From a virus (Duplodnaviria; Caudoviricetes), in the IMG/VR virus record IMGVR_UViG_3300021791_000003, positions 1 to 42,258 of that record: DNA of 42,258 nt. One strand, 5' to 3'. Positions 9,154-16,547 of this stretch are shown here, one piece after another. The position numbers and the translations under genes were made by a program. The notes under the pieces are model-generated. The model saw only the letters and a list, made by a program, of their open reading frames with translations, searched no databases and had not been told where the DNA came from. The first letter of the stretch is position 1; the number at the start of each line of letters is the position of its first letter.

Positions 9154-9411
9154 TTGGAAAAACAAGAGGAACTCTCACCAAAACAAATGGAGCAACTGAA
9201 ATCTTTCCTTCGGCACACACCAGCAACCTTAGTAAAGATGATGAAGAATACAGAGTTGTGGGGTAGAAATACTATTCACTTTTATGAAAAGTATATTGGA
9301 TTTCGAGAAAATCCGGAACTCTTAGAGAAGGAAATCTCTCTCTTAAAAAGAAAAATCGAAGAAAATGAAGCTAGAATATCCATTATTAAACTCTGTCTAA
9401 AGGTTAAATAA
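9154..9411 (+). CDS. Hypothetical protein with C-terminal coiled coil
   Basis: TTG start with a GGAGG RBS; abuts both neighbours. Confidence 0.5.
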   Translation: MEKQEELSPKQMEQLKSFLRHTPATLVKMMKNTELWGRNTIHFYEKYIGFRENPELLEKEISLLKRKIEENEARISIIKLCLKVK

Positions 9412-9629
9412 TGAAATTTGGAGAAGTAATTAAAGGAATAAGGTTAAACGAAGAATTAAATCAAAGAGATTTTGCAGATTCAATAGGCATTACCGTCTCG
9501 TATGTTTCGATGTTAGAGAGAGATATAAGAACCCCATCAATTAGGTTACTTGAAGAGATTGAGTACATCTACAACATGCGCTTTAATATTACGTATGAGT
9601 TAAATAATGAAAGAAAACGAGTGGGCTAA
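9411..9629 (+). CDS. XRE-family helix-turn-helix regulator
   Basis: IRLNEELNQRDFADSIGITVSYVSMLERDIRTPS pattern. Confidence 0.85.
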   Translation: MKFGEVIKGIRLNEELNQRDFADSIGITVSYVSMLERDIRTPSIRLLEEIEYIYNMRFNITYELNNERKRVG

Positions 9630-9954
9630 TAAATTAGTGCCCGAAATGAGAAGGTGTAATGCTTTAGTTCTAAATACTCACGGAGAGAAGTATCAACAGA
9701 GAGGGTGGCCAGATCTTTATATCGCTCACACGTTTTATATAGGATGGATAGAGCTTAAAGGAGAGTATACGAAATTAGAACCCCATCAAAAGAAGATGTT
9801 GAAGGAACTTAGGAAGAAAGGGATAAACGCATTCGTTGCAAGGTATCCTAATTTGATTCAGAACTATGAGGGTGTATTGCTGAGTAGATTTGATTCGACC
9901 GGAAAAGGACTTCTAATTCAATTAGGCAACTTCACGAAAGAAACTAATGAATAG
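9607..9954 (+). CDS. VRR-NUC (PD-(D/E)xK) nuclease / resolvase-like
   Basis: N-terminal MKE, GWPDL, WIELK and LEPHQ motifs. Confidence 0.82.
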   Translation: MKENEWANKLVPEMRRCNALVLNTHGEKYQQRGWPDLYIAHTFYIGWIELKGEYTKLEPHQKKMLKELRKKGINAFVARYPNLIQNYEGVLLSRFDSTGKGLLIQLGNFTKETNE

Positions 9955-10017
9955 TTATTACGTTTATACTGTACTCTACGGTATGATTACTAGTACTCAG
10001 TATAAGGATACTAATTA

Positions 10018-10341
10018 ATGGTTGAAGTTATTGATGCCGAAACAGGAGAGAATTTAGGGAGATTTACTTTATCGCAAATGACTTTAAGTCAATTTCTAAG
10101 GGAAAAAGGAATTTCAGGAGACGTTGTCGGGAAGGAGGGAAATAGTTATCTTGTTAGAGTTGAATCTTCATACTCAATGCTCATTCAAAAATTAGAATAT
10201 GTTTCCGTAGAATTAACGAATCTTATCCTAGATTATGAGACTGAAATAAATGAGTTACCTACAAATATTTCCCTCCCTCTCATAAATTCAAGATTAAACA
10301 TTGCAGAGTGTATAAGTAATTTACAGGAATGTAATCAATGA
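10018..10341 (+). CDS. Hypothetical protein
   Basis: 107-aa ORF with an AAGGA RBS, coupled to the next gene. Confidence 0.5.
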   Translation: MVEVIDAETGENLGRFTLSQMTLSQFLREKGISGDVVGKEGNSYLVRVESSYSMLIQKLEYVSVELTNLILDYETEINELPTNISLPLINSRLNIAECISNLQECNQ

Positions 10342-10682
10342 TTAAACAAGTCCTAGTGTACCGATGCAGTCTTTGCGGTAGAGATCATGATACTCCCCAA
10401 CAGCATTGTAGTTGTGAAAATAAATTAAATAATGGAGATATTCTAGGCCCGTTTACCATTCTTGAAAAAAGAAATTCAGGGTATCAAATTGAGTGTAACA
10501 TTTGTGGAATGGTTAAAGTCATCCATTATACGAATGTACGGAGACAAATGAGTTGTGGGTGTAAACCACGACACGTTGAAATTACTAGAATTTTACCCAC
10601 AGAAATCAGATATCAATGTAAGAAATGTCAAGATTTCCATACGGAACCTCTCCCCTTAGATGAGTGGTGTTGCGACGACTAG
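10338..10682 (+). CDS. Cys-rich zinc-ribbon protein
   Basis: CSLC, CNICG...SCGC (resembles the Zn module of HNH/AP2 endonucleases) and CKKC; no HNH catalytic motif. Confidence 0.5.
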   Translation: MIKQVLVYRCSLCGRDHDTPQQHCSCENKLNNGDILGPFTILEKRNSGYQIECNICGMVKVIHYTNVRRQMSCGCKPRHVEITRILPTEIRYQCKKCQDFHTEPLPLDEWCCDD

Positions 10683-10977
10683 CGTCTTTTCAATATCTCC
10701 TACTTCGTCAAATAATAAATTTGGTAGATGGGAAAGAATGTCTAATTTTATCATCAACTACGTGGTTATAGATTGGAATCCAGAGACACTGAAATGGGAA
10801 GTCCTTCACTATGACATGGTACTGAATAGGATGGGAGAAACTATTGAGCGACTACGAAAACTATACCCCTATTGTCAAGTTATGGTAAACTCTTCACAAA
10901 TAAAGAAAGAAGAGGCGAAGTTAGCTCTTGTTCAAGCGTTAGAAAAATTGAAGGAGCGACTGAATGAAAAAGTATGA
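10660..10977 (+). CDS. Hypothetical protein (true start may be downstream)
   Basis: Fills the gap before the polymerase and overlaps its start. Confidence 0.45.
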   Translation: MSGVATTSVFSISPTSSNNKFGRWERMSNFIINYVVIDWNPETLKWEVLHYDMVLNRMGETIERLRKLYPYCQVMVNSSQIKKEEAKLALVQALEKLKERLNEKV

Positions 10978-12817
10978 AGGAAATAAAACCTTAATCCAAG
11001 ATTTAGAGGAACTCTCTGAAATTCCTAGTAGTATTAACGAGCTTTATCTTGACTTAGAAACGACATCTGGCGATGATGACATATCCTCCTTGAACCCCTG
11101 GAAGAACTGCGAGATCTTAGGCGCCGCTTTTACTTGGGATGAGCATGAAAGTATTTACTACTTACCTCTGAGACAGAGAAGTATCTTAGACTCTGATTCA
11201 AATTTACCCATAGAAGGGTGCAATCAGATAATTAGGAACTTGATTAAAAATTCAAAGATATGGATCAACTCCAATGTTAAATATGATGCCCATGTAGCCA
11301 CCAATTCTTCTAAGGCTGATTGTTCTAATATTGAATTAGTGGATACTATCACTTTAGCAAAACTGGTGGATTCAGATAGGTTTAGATACGCATTAAAACA
11401 TCTAGTTCATGACTACCTCTATAGAGATATTGAGCACTATGAACAGGCGTTTCGGTCCTATCTTTTTCATCCGGGTGGGCATAGGAAATGTTCGGATTAC
11501 GGAGTAATACCTTTATCTTTAATGGTTCCCTACGCTTGTCAGGATGTTATTGATGTCCGAGATCTTTATCCAGAATTACTGAAAAACTTACATGAAGATA
11601 GTAATTCAATCTGGGAAACTGAAAGGAAAATTACAAAAGTACTATACCACATTGAACAAACAGGAGTTGAGTTAGACATAGAAGAGTTGGTGACAGATTA
11701 TGTAAAAATACGAAAAAGATTGAGTGAAATTGAATGGAGGATTAAGGAACTAACTGGATTTTTAATTAAACCAAATACGAATGCAGACTGCTATAATCTG
11801 CTCCACAATCACTATGGTTTACCTGTCATTGAGGAAACCAAAAAGGGAGAACCTTCATATAACAAGGAGGCTTTACGTGCCTATTTAGGAATACCGGCAG
11901 CTCCCCACGAAGTAATTAAACTTATACAAGAGTTTAGAGAGTCTCATAAGCTCTGGACAGGGTTTATTGTCCCCTATATTATAAAGTGTTCAAAGACCCG
12001 TCCATCGTATATTCACTGTTCTTTCAACCAAGTAGTACGAACTGGAAGAATGTCATGTGGAGAACCTAATTTACAACAACTTCCTATTGCAGCTAAGAAG
12101 TACATAGTTCCAGGGGAAAGGAGAACTCTCATAGATTTTGATTTAAAGCAAATTGAATACCGCTTTATTGCTCACTATACTAAGAATGAATATATCCTCA
12201 CAAAATACCAGTCAAATCCCGATACAGATTTTCATGATACAATGGCTGAACTTTGTGAGATTGAAAGAGGCCCCGCTAAAAATATGAATTTTGCTGTTTC
12301 ATTTGGAGCAGGGGAAGCTAAGACGGTTAGCATGTTGATGTCTGCTTTTGACTTAAGTAAGGTTCCTGAAGGAGAAGATCTAGAGTCATTCTGTAAGAAA
12401 AAAGGAAAGGAGATCTATAAAACTTATCATAACCGTTTCCCTGAATTAAGGAGGACAGCATGGAGAGCTTCGGGAACACTTAGACAAGCAGGATACGTTA
12501 AAAATCTCTTTGGTAGAATACGGAGAATGCCTTATAAATTTCACTTTAAGGCGTTCAATAACGTCATACAGTCAAGTGCAGCGGATTTGATGAAAGAGAT
12601 GACGGTTAGATTACATAATGTAACTAAAGATAGTTCAGCTAATCTCTTATGTCTTGTTCACGATAGTTGGTTATTCTCCGTGCCTACTCAAGAAGTCGAT
12701 TATTGGAAAGAGGAAATAACTAAAGTTATCGAAGAGACTCCGAGTAAACTTACTGTTCCTATTTATGCGTCTAATAAATCAAGTGAACTAAACTGGAAGG
12801 AGTGCAGCGGGGACTAA
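10964..12817 (+). CDS. polA: Family A DNA polymerase with 3'-5' exonuclease
   Basis: ExoI DLETT, ExoII NVKYD, ExoIII YACQD; TGRMSCGEPNLQQ; motif A DLKQIEYR; motif B RGPAKNMNFAVSFG; motif C VHDS. Confidence 0.95.
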   Translation: MKKYEGNKTLIQDLEELSEIPSSINELYLDLETTSGDDDISSLNPWKNCEILGAAFTWDEHESIYYLPLRQRSILDSDSNLPIEGCNQIIRNLIKNSKIWINSNVKYDAHVATNSSKADCSNIELVDTITLAKLVDSDRFRYALKHLVHDYLYRDIEHYEQAFRSYLFHPGGHRKCSDYGVIPLSLMVPYACQDVIDVRDLYPELLKNLHEDSNSIWETERKITKVLYHIEQTGVELDIEELVTDYVKIRKRLSEIEWRIKELTGFLIKPNTNADCYNLLHNHYGLPVIEETKKGEPSYNKEALRAYLGIPAAPHEVIKLIQEFRESHKLWTGFIVPYIIKCSKTRPSYIHCSFNQVVRTGRMSCGEPNLQQLPIAAKKYIVPGERRTLIDFDLKQIEYRFIAHYTKNEYILTKYQSNPDTDFHDTMAELCEIERGPAKNMNFAVSFGAGEAKTVSMLMSAFDLSKVPEGEDLESFCKKKGKEIYKTYHNRFPELRRTAWRASGTLRQAGYVKNLFGRIRRMPYKFHFKAFNNVIQSSAADLMKEMTVRLHNVTKDSSANLLCLVHDSWLFSVPTQEVDYWKEEITKVIEETPSKLTVPIYASNKSSELNWKECSGD

Positions 12818-12865
12818 AAGTTATCAAACAGTCTGGGAGGTTTCAATTCAAGTGGGAGAACTATA

Positions 12866-13096
12866 GTGTCAAAAACGATTAATGACCTGTTGAAGAACAT
12901 TCAACCTTTTGATGACGATGCTCAAATTTGGTTTGGAAAGCATCAAGGGACTAAGTTTAGTGAAGTTCCAACCTCTTATTTAAACTGGTGGGTAGGGTCA
13001 GAGGGAACAACTAAAACTCTTAAATTGATTAAGTACCTTCTAATCAATGAAGGTTCTCTGGAGGGAGAGATACAGGATGAGGAGATCCCTTTTTAA
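12866..13096 (+). CDS. Small DUF3820/ExoX-C-terminal-like protein
   Basis: FGKHQGTKFSEVPTSYLNW motif and an SSB-like DEEIPF tail. Confidence 0.7.
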   Translation: MSKTINDLLKNIQPFDDDAQIWFGKHQGTKFSEVPTSYLNWWVGSEGTTKTLKLIKYLLINEGSLEGEIQDEEIPF

Positions 13097-13272
13097 TGTC
13101 AAATTTCATAGAAATAAGATATAGGAGAACAGACGACACAATGAGATGTTTTATCTGTGAAAGTTTAATCCAACAGTCTAGTTCTACAGCTATTCCAACT
13201 TGCTTCCCGCATATATGGATATGTAAGGGGTGCGATGATGGAATAGAAAGAAAAAAATTAAATGATAATTAA
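13096..13272 (+). CDS. Small Zn-finger protein (58 aa, not in the ORF track)
   Basis: TAATG coupling to the upstream gene; CFIC...CKGC. Confidence 0.5.
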   Translation: MSNFIEIRYRRTDDTMRCFICESLIQQSSSTAIPTCFPHIWICKGCDDGIERKKLNDN

Positions 13273-13552
13273 TGTTACTCAGGACGATATTAAAGAGGGA
13301 ATTACTTGCAGCCCCTCCCAATGTCCTGTAGCGAGAGCTGTGAGTAGAGAATTCCCTAATAAAGTCGTTAGTGTGAGAGCTACAATAATCTTCACCAGAG
13401 ACCTTAAGAGTGGAAAGTTCGTATCCTCTTACCCTATTCCTCACTCCGTTAGAGAACGCATACGAGACTTTGACTGTAACAGAGGGATGCCACCCTTCTC
13501 TTTTGAACTAGAGAGGGAAGAAATTGATCCTTCAAGGTCTAGCACTCTCTAA
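13262..13552 (+). CDS. Hypothetical phage protein
   Basis: MIINVTQDDIKEG...CPVARA...FD...PFSFEL; co-oriented with the arm. Confidence 0.6.
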   Translation: MIINVTQDDIKEGITCSPSQCPVARAVSREFPNKVVSVRATIIFTRDLKSGKFVSSYPIPHSVRERIRDFDCNRGMPPFSFELEREEIDPSRSSTL

Positions 13553-13582
13553 AGAACCCTAACCCTTAGATGATTAAATTAA

Positions 13583-13798
13583 ATGAAAAGAATACCTCTA
13601 CTGCTCACATTGTCTTTCATCTCAGGTCTATGTGTTGCATACACTCCACAGAATTCAATGCATAAACATTGGGAAGAGGACCGAAAAGAATGGGACAAAG
13701 AGCGTTCCCTAGGTTCTTCTTCTGCAACTTGGGAGGAATTAAGAGTCCGACATGAGGGTAGAGGAATACTACTCAAGCCGAGATTCAGAGATGATTAA
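13583..13798 (+). CDS. Hypothetical secreted/membrane-anchored protein
   Basis: N-terminal hydrophobic signal-like segment. Confidence 0.45.
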   Translation: MKRIPLLLTLSFISGLCVAYTPQNSMHKHWEEDRKEWDKERSLGSSSATWEELRVRHEGRGILLKPRFRDD

Positions 13799-14015
13799 AG
13801 GATATAATCTGATGGTAAATAACGGAATGAATCACCCTAATAGGTCTAGAGACCCCTCAAGGGCGGAAATAAAAGCACGGTGTAAGGAGATTCAGAAGAC
13901 TTGGAGTGAGGAGGAGAAGCAATTAAGAATGGTGTCAGAACTTAATTGCACTCTTCCAATAATTATTGAACCTGTCGATTTACTCCCGTTTATGATTCTT
14001 TATGAGAAAGAATAA
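13752..14015 (+). CDS. Hypothetical protein (start probably about 13791)
   Basis: DPSRAEIKARCKEIQKTWSEEEK segment. Confidence 0.5.
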   Translation: MRVEEYYSSRDSEMIKGYNLMVNNGMNHPNRSRDPSRAEIKARCKEIQKTWSEEEKQLRMVSELNCTLPIIIEPVDLLPFMILYEKE

Positions 14016-14018
14016 AGT

Positions 14019-14246
14019 ATGGAGCTTAAGTACAGTATAAACGATATCGTGATAGTGTCCGGTATAATTTCAGAGACAGAGCACGTGATTATACATTCTG
14101 TTGACCCTTCAGATCCCCATCCAGCAGGATTTAAAAATTGGGATTACAGGGTTCAATCTTATAATTTAGAATATAATGAAGCATTCGGAGAGAAATATAT
14201 GATTAAAGAGACTGAGGTAATAGGAAAATCTCTAATATCTCCTTGA
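14019..14246 (+). CDS. Small beta-barrel (SH3/KOW-like) hypothetical protein
   Basis: LKYSINDIVIV...YRV...IKETEV pattern. Confidence 0.45.
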   Translation: MELKYSINDIVIVSGIISETEHVIIHSVDPSDPHPAGFKNWDYRVQSYNLEYNEAFGEKYMIKETEVIGKSLISP

Positions 14247-14300
14247 TTCAGAAGGAGACGGTGCACACTTTAATAAATCAATGAAGAAAACGGGGGCCGA

Positions 14301-14501
14301 ATGTTTTTGTTACCACAGAGTCGCGTGAGAAGAAACAAGGGCACGGTAACCATTGGTGGGGTAGAGTTAACCCAGCATAGGGCACCGGTTCGAGCAAGAT
14401 GCGGGCATAAAACGTACTTCTCGCACGAGCCGAGTGGGCAGTGTTACGAATGTTACCTTAGGAACAAACCACTGCTACCCACCGTCGATGAGAGCAGCTG
14501 A
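14301..14501 (+). CDS. Small Cys/His-containing hypothetical protein
   Basis: CGH...CYEC; locally higher GC. Confidence 0.4.
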   Translation: MFLLPQSRVRRNKGTVTIGGVELTQHRAPVRARCGHKTYFSHEPSGQCYECYLRNKPLLPTVDESS

Positions 14502-14537
14502 GTAGAGATAAGTCAACCTAAATCGAGGAGATAGAGG

Positions 14538-14933
14538 ATGAATACTTTAGCTCTATTGTCTGCTCTATGGTTTCTACCCACTGAAGATGAGAGGATGTGG
14601 AGGGTAGAAGATAAAGAAGTAAGAGGTACTTTCTTAGAATTTAAAAATAATAAAGTCCAAATTCAATCTGGAATGCTAATTCTTTCAGTTTCTCCCAAAA
14701 GCTTATGCAGAGAGGACGTTAGGTACTACAGATCCCTCTTACAGAAAAAAGCTAAATCTCGGTCGTTAGCTCGTTCACAAAGAATTGCTAAATGTCGAAC
14801 GATCAATAAGAGACAGAACCATAATAAGGCGAGTACTGCAATGTTTATAATTAGACCTCGAATAACGTACTCTTCAATTAATAATGCATACTCAAGGTAT
14901 CTCCGAAGTGTAAATTTCAGACGATTCAATTAG
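14538..14933 (+). CDS. Secreted SHD1 (SLA1 homology domain 1)-like protein
   Basis: Signal peptide then RMW...EVRGTFLEFKNNKVQI...VSPKSLCREDVRYY, followed by a basic tail. Confidence 0.55.
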   Translation: MNTLALLSALWFLPTEDERMWRVEDKEVRGTFLEFKNNKVQIQSGMLILSVSPKSLCREDVRYYRSLLQKKAKSRSLARSQRIAKCRTINKRQNHNKASTAMFIIRPRITYSSINNAYSRYLRSVNFRRFN

Positions 14934-15358
14934 GGTCTAACTATTCCTGTAACGATTTTCGAGAATACGAGAATACTCGTATCTTGTGCATATCCAATAA
15001 TTGAAGTATAATTACTGGCAGCCAACTCACTAAAGGGAACTATTCCTCCTGCAACTGCATTAGAGACTACATAAGTTTCTCCTGCAGAAAGAACGCCTGA
15101 TCCAAATGCTATTTTGGTTCCGCTCTTAGCAACAGCCATTAACTGACCACCCGCTGCCACCTGATTTAAAGAAATAGCAAGTTCAGTTGATCCTGCTTGC
15201 AGGGCGGTTCCATTAGATATGGCTGGTTGCCATTTAGCAGTAGCATCCTCATAACAGACTTGACCAATTGTGACAGCAACTCCCCCATTCTTAGAGGTCT
15301 CAGGACTACCAGAATTGAGTAAAACGTTCGCAGCTGTTACTGTAATTTCATTTGCCAT
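14930..15358 (-). CDS. Putative virion structural protein (decoration/cement-like)
   Basis: Ala/Gly/Val-rich, starts MANEIT, last gene of the late arm. Confidence 0.55.
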   Translation of the reverse strand: MANEITVTAANVLLNSGSPETSKNGGVAVTIGQVCYEDATAKWQPAISNGTALQAGSTELAISLNQVAAGGQLMAVAKSGTKIAFGSGVLSAGETYVVSNAVAGGIVPFSELAASNYTSIIGYAQDTSILVFSKIVTGIVRP

Positions 15359-15359
15359 T

Positions 15360-15653
15360 TTAAGTACCCGCTATAACAAAATTCTGTGATTCCTCACATG
15401 CCCATACTACAAGTCTCTTAAGGGCATATCTTGGTGGAGGTATGAACCTCAACCAACCTTCTTTTGAAGACTTTCTCCACTCTTTTGCCGACTCTTGAAA
15501 TGCATCTGTCCAGTATTCAATATTAGATAATATTTCCTCTGGGCCGGTTTTATCCATTCTTTCAGCAAGCTCATAGCAAGAGCAACCTACTACAGGTTTG
15601 ATATTTTTACTTTTTAAATAATTAGTAATAATCATTCCTGGTTTATTTTTCAT
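15360..15653 (-). CDS. Hypothetical GCSC-motif protein
   Basis: PG...GCSC..LAERMDKTGP; coupled to its neighbours. Confidence 0.55.
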   Translation of the reverse strand: MKNKPGMIITNYLKSKNIKPVVGCSCYELAERMDKTGPEEILSNIEYWTDAFQESAKEWRKSSKEGWLRFIPPPRYALKRLVVWACEESQNFVIAGT

Positions 15654-15856
15654 GTGAAAAACTCATCTAATTCCTCAGGAGGAATTCTCAGATGTTTGGG
15701 AACCTTGATGAAGGTTCTTTTGCCTTGATACGCTCTTGGTAATTTGACTGGATCGCTTATCTCTCCACATGAACACTCTACAGGAATTTCAGGTATAACA
15801 TACCCTTTATTCCCACAAAAAGAACATTTCCAAAATGTTTTCCCTGTGTCGGACAT
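15650..15856 (-). CDS. Small zinc-ribbon protein
   Basis: CSFCG...CSCG. Confidence 0.5.
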   Translation of the reverse strand: MSDTGKTFWKCSFCGNKGYVIPEIPVECSCGEISDPVKLPRAYQGKRTFIKVPKHLRIPPEELDEFFT

Positions 15857-15858
15857 AT

Positions 15859-16083
15859 CTATCGGGGGGCGGTTTGGACAATTTTACCTTCAGAAACCTT
15901 CACTCCCTCTGTACTGATACCCATTCCTTCTAGAACGGATAGAACGGCCTGTTGCTGCAACATATCTGTAAGTTTAGTTTTTAATTCTAAGATTGTTTTA
16001 GTTGTATCTTCTCTTTTAACCTTTTCAGACTCTAATTGAGTCCTAAGAGCCTGCATTTCCTGTTCAACTGCTGCAACTGTCAT
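15859..16083 (-). CDS. Small coiled-coil protein (possible fibre chaperone)
   Basis: Heptad pattern across the first 50 aa. Confidence 0.5.
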   Translation of the reverse strand: MTVAAVEQEMQALRTQLESEKVKREDTTKTILELKTKLTDMLQQQAVLSVLEGMGISTEGVKVSEGKIVQTAPR

Positions 16084-16102
16084 TATTAATTATCCTTATT
16101 CT

Positions 16103-16537
16103 TTACGGAGAAACTTCAGCAACTGTAACTGTATACGAATTAACTTTAACTGTCTGTCCTGCAGTAATTGACGTATTGTCAATAATAAGATCAGCTGATG
16201 AAGTTCCTACATTTCCATCAATAACAGGAGTTCCTGCCCTATTGAAAACTCTAAACCAAGTAGCGGTTTTCGTATTATTAGCTGAGGTATCATCTGAAAT
16301 TGAATTTGCAGTCGCTCTAGCTGAACCGCCAAGATCTATCGCAGCTCCAAATGCAGGGTTAGATAAATTATGTTCAGATAAAAGTGTCTGTCCGGCTACT
16401 GCTGTATCGACATCCGTTGCCCTAGTATCTCCATATATTCTTAAAACAGCAGTACCTCCCCCGTTATCAATTTCGTCCACAATTGCATCGCACATTGCTT
16501 TTGCAATTACGGTCCCTACTCCCATAGACTTCGCCAT
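16103..16537 (-). CDS. Virion tail-associated structural protein
   Basis: LRIYG...PAFG...ATWFRV...IDGNVG...ITAGQTV pattern typical of small phage tail proteins. Confidence 0.65.
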   Translation of the reverse strand: MAKSMGVGTVIAKAMCDAIVDEIDNGGGTAVLRIYGDTRATDVDTAVAGQTLLSEHNLSNPAFGAAIDLGGSARATANSISDDTSANNTKTATWFRVFNRAGTPVIDGNVGTSSADLIIDNTSITAGQTVKVNSYTVTVAEVSP

Positions 16538-16547
16538 TTATAACTCC

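Noticed and set aside
10338-10682. Homing endonuclease
   Set aside because: Only the zinc-binding segment resembles HNH/AP2 enzymes; no catalytic motif is present.
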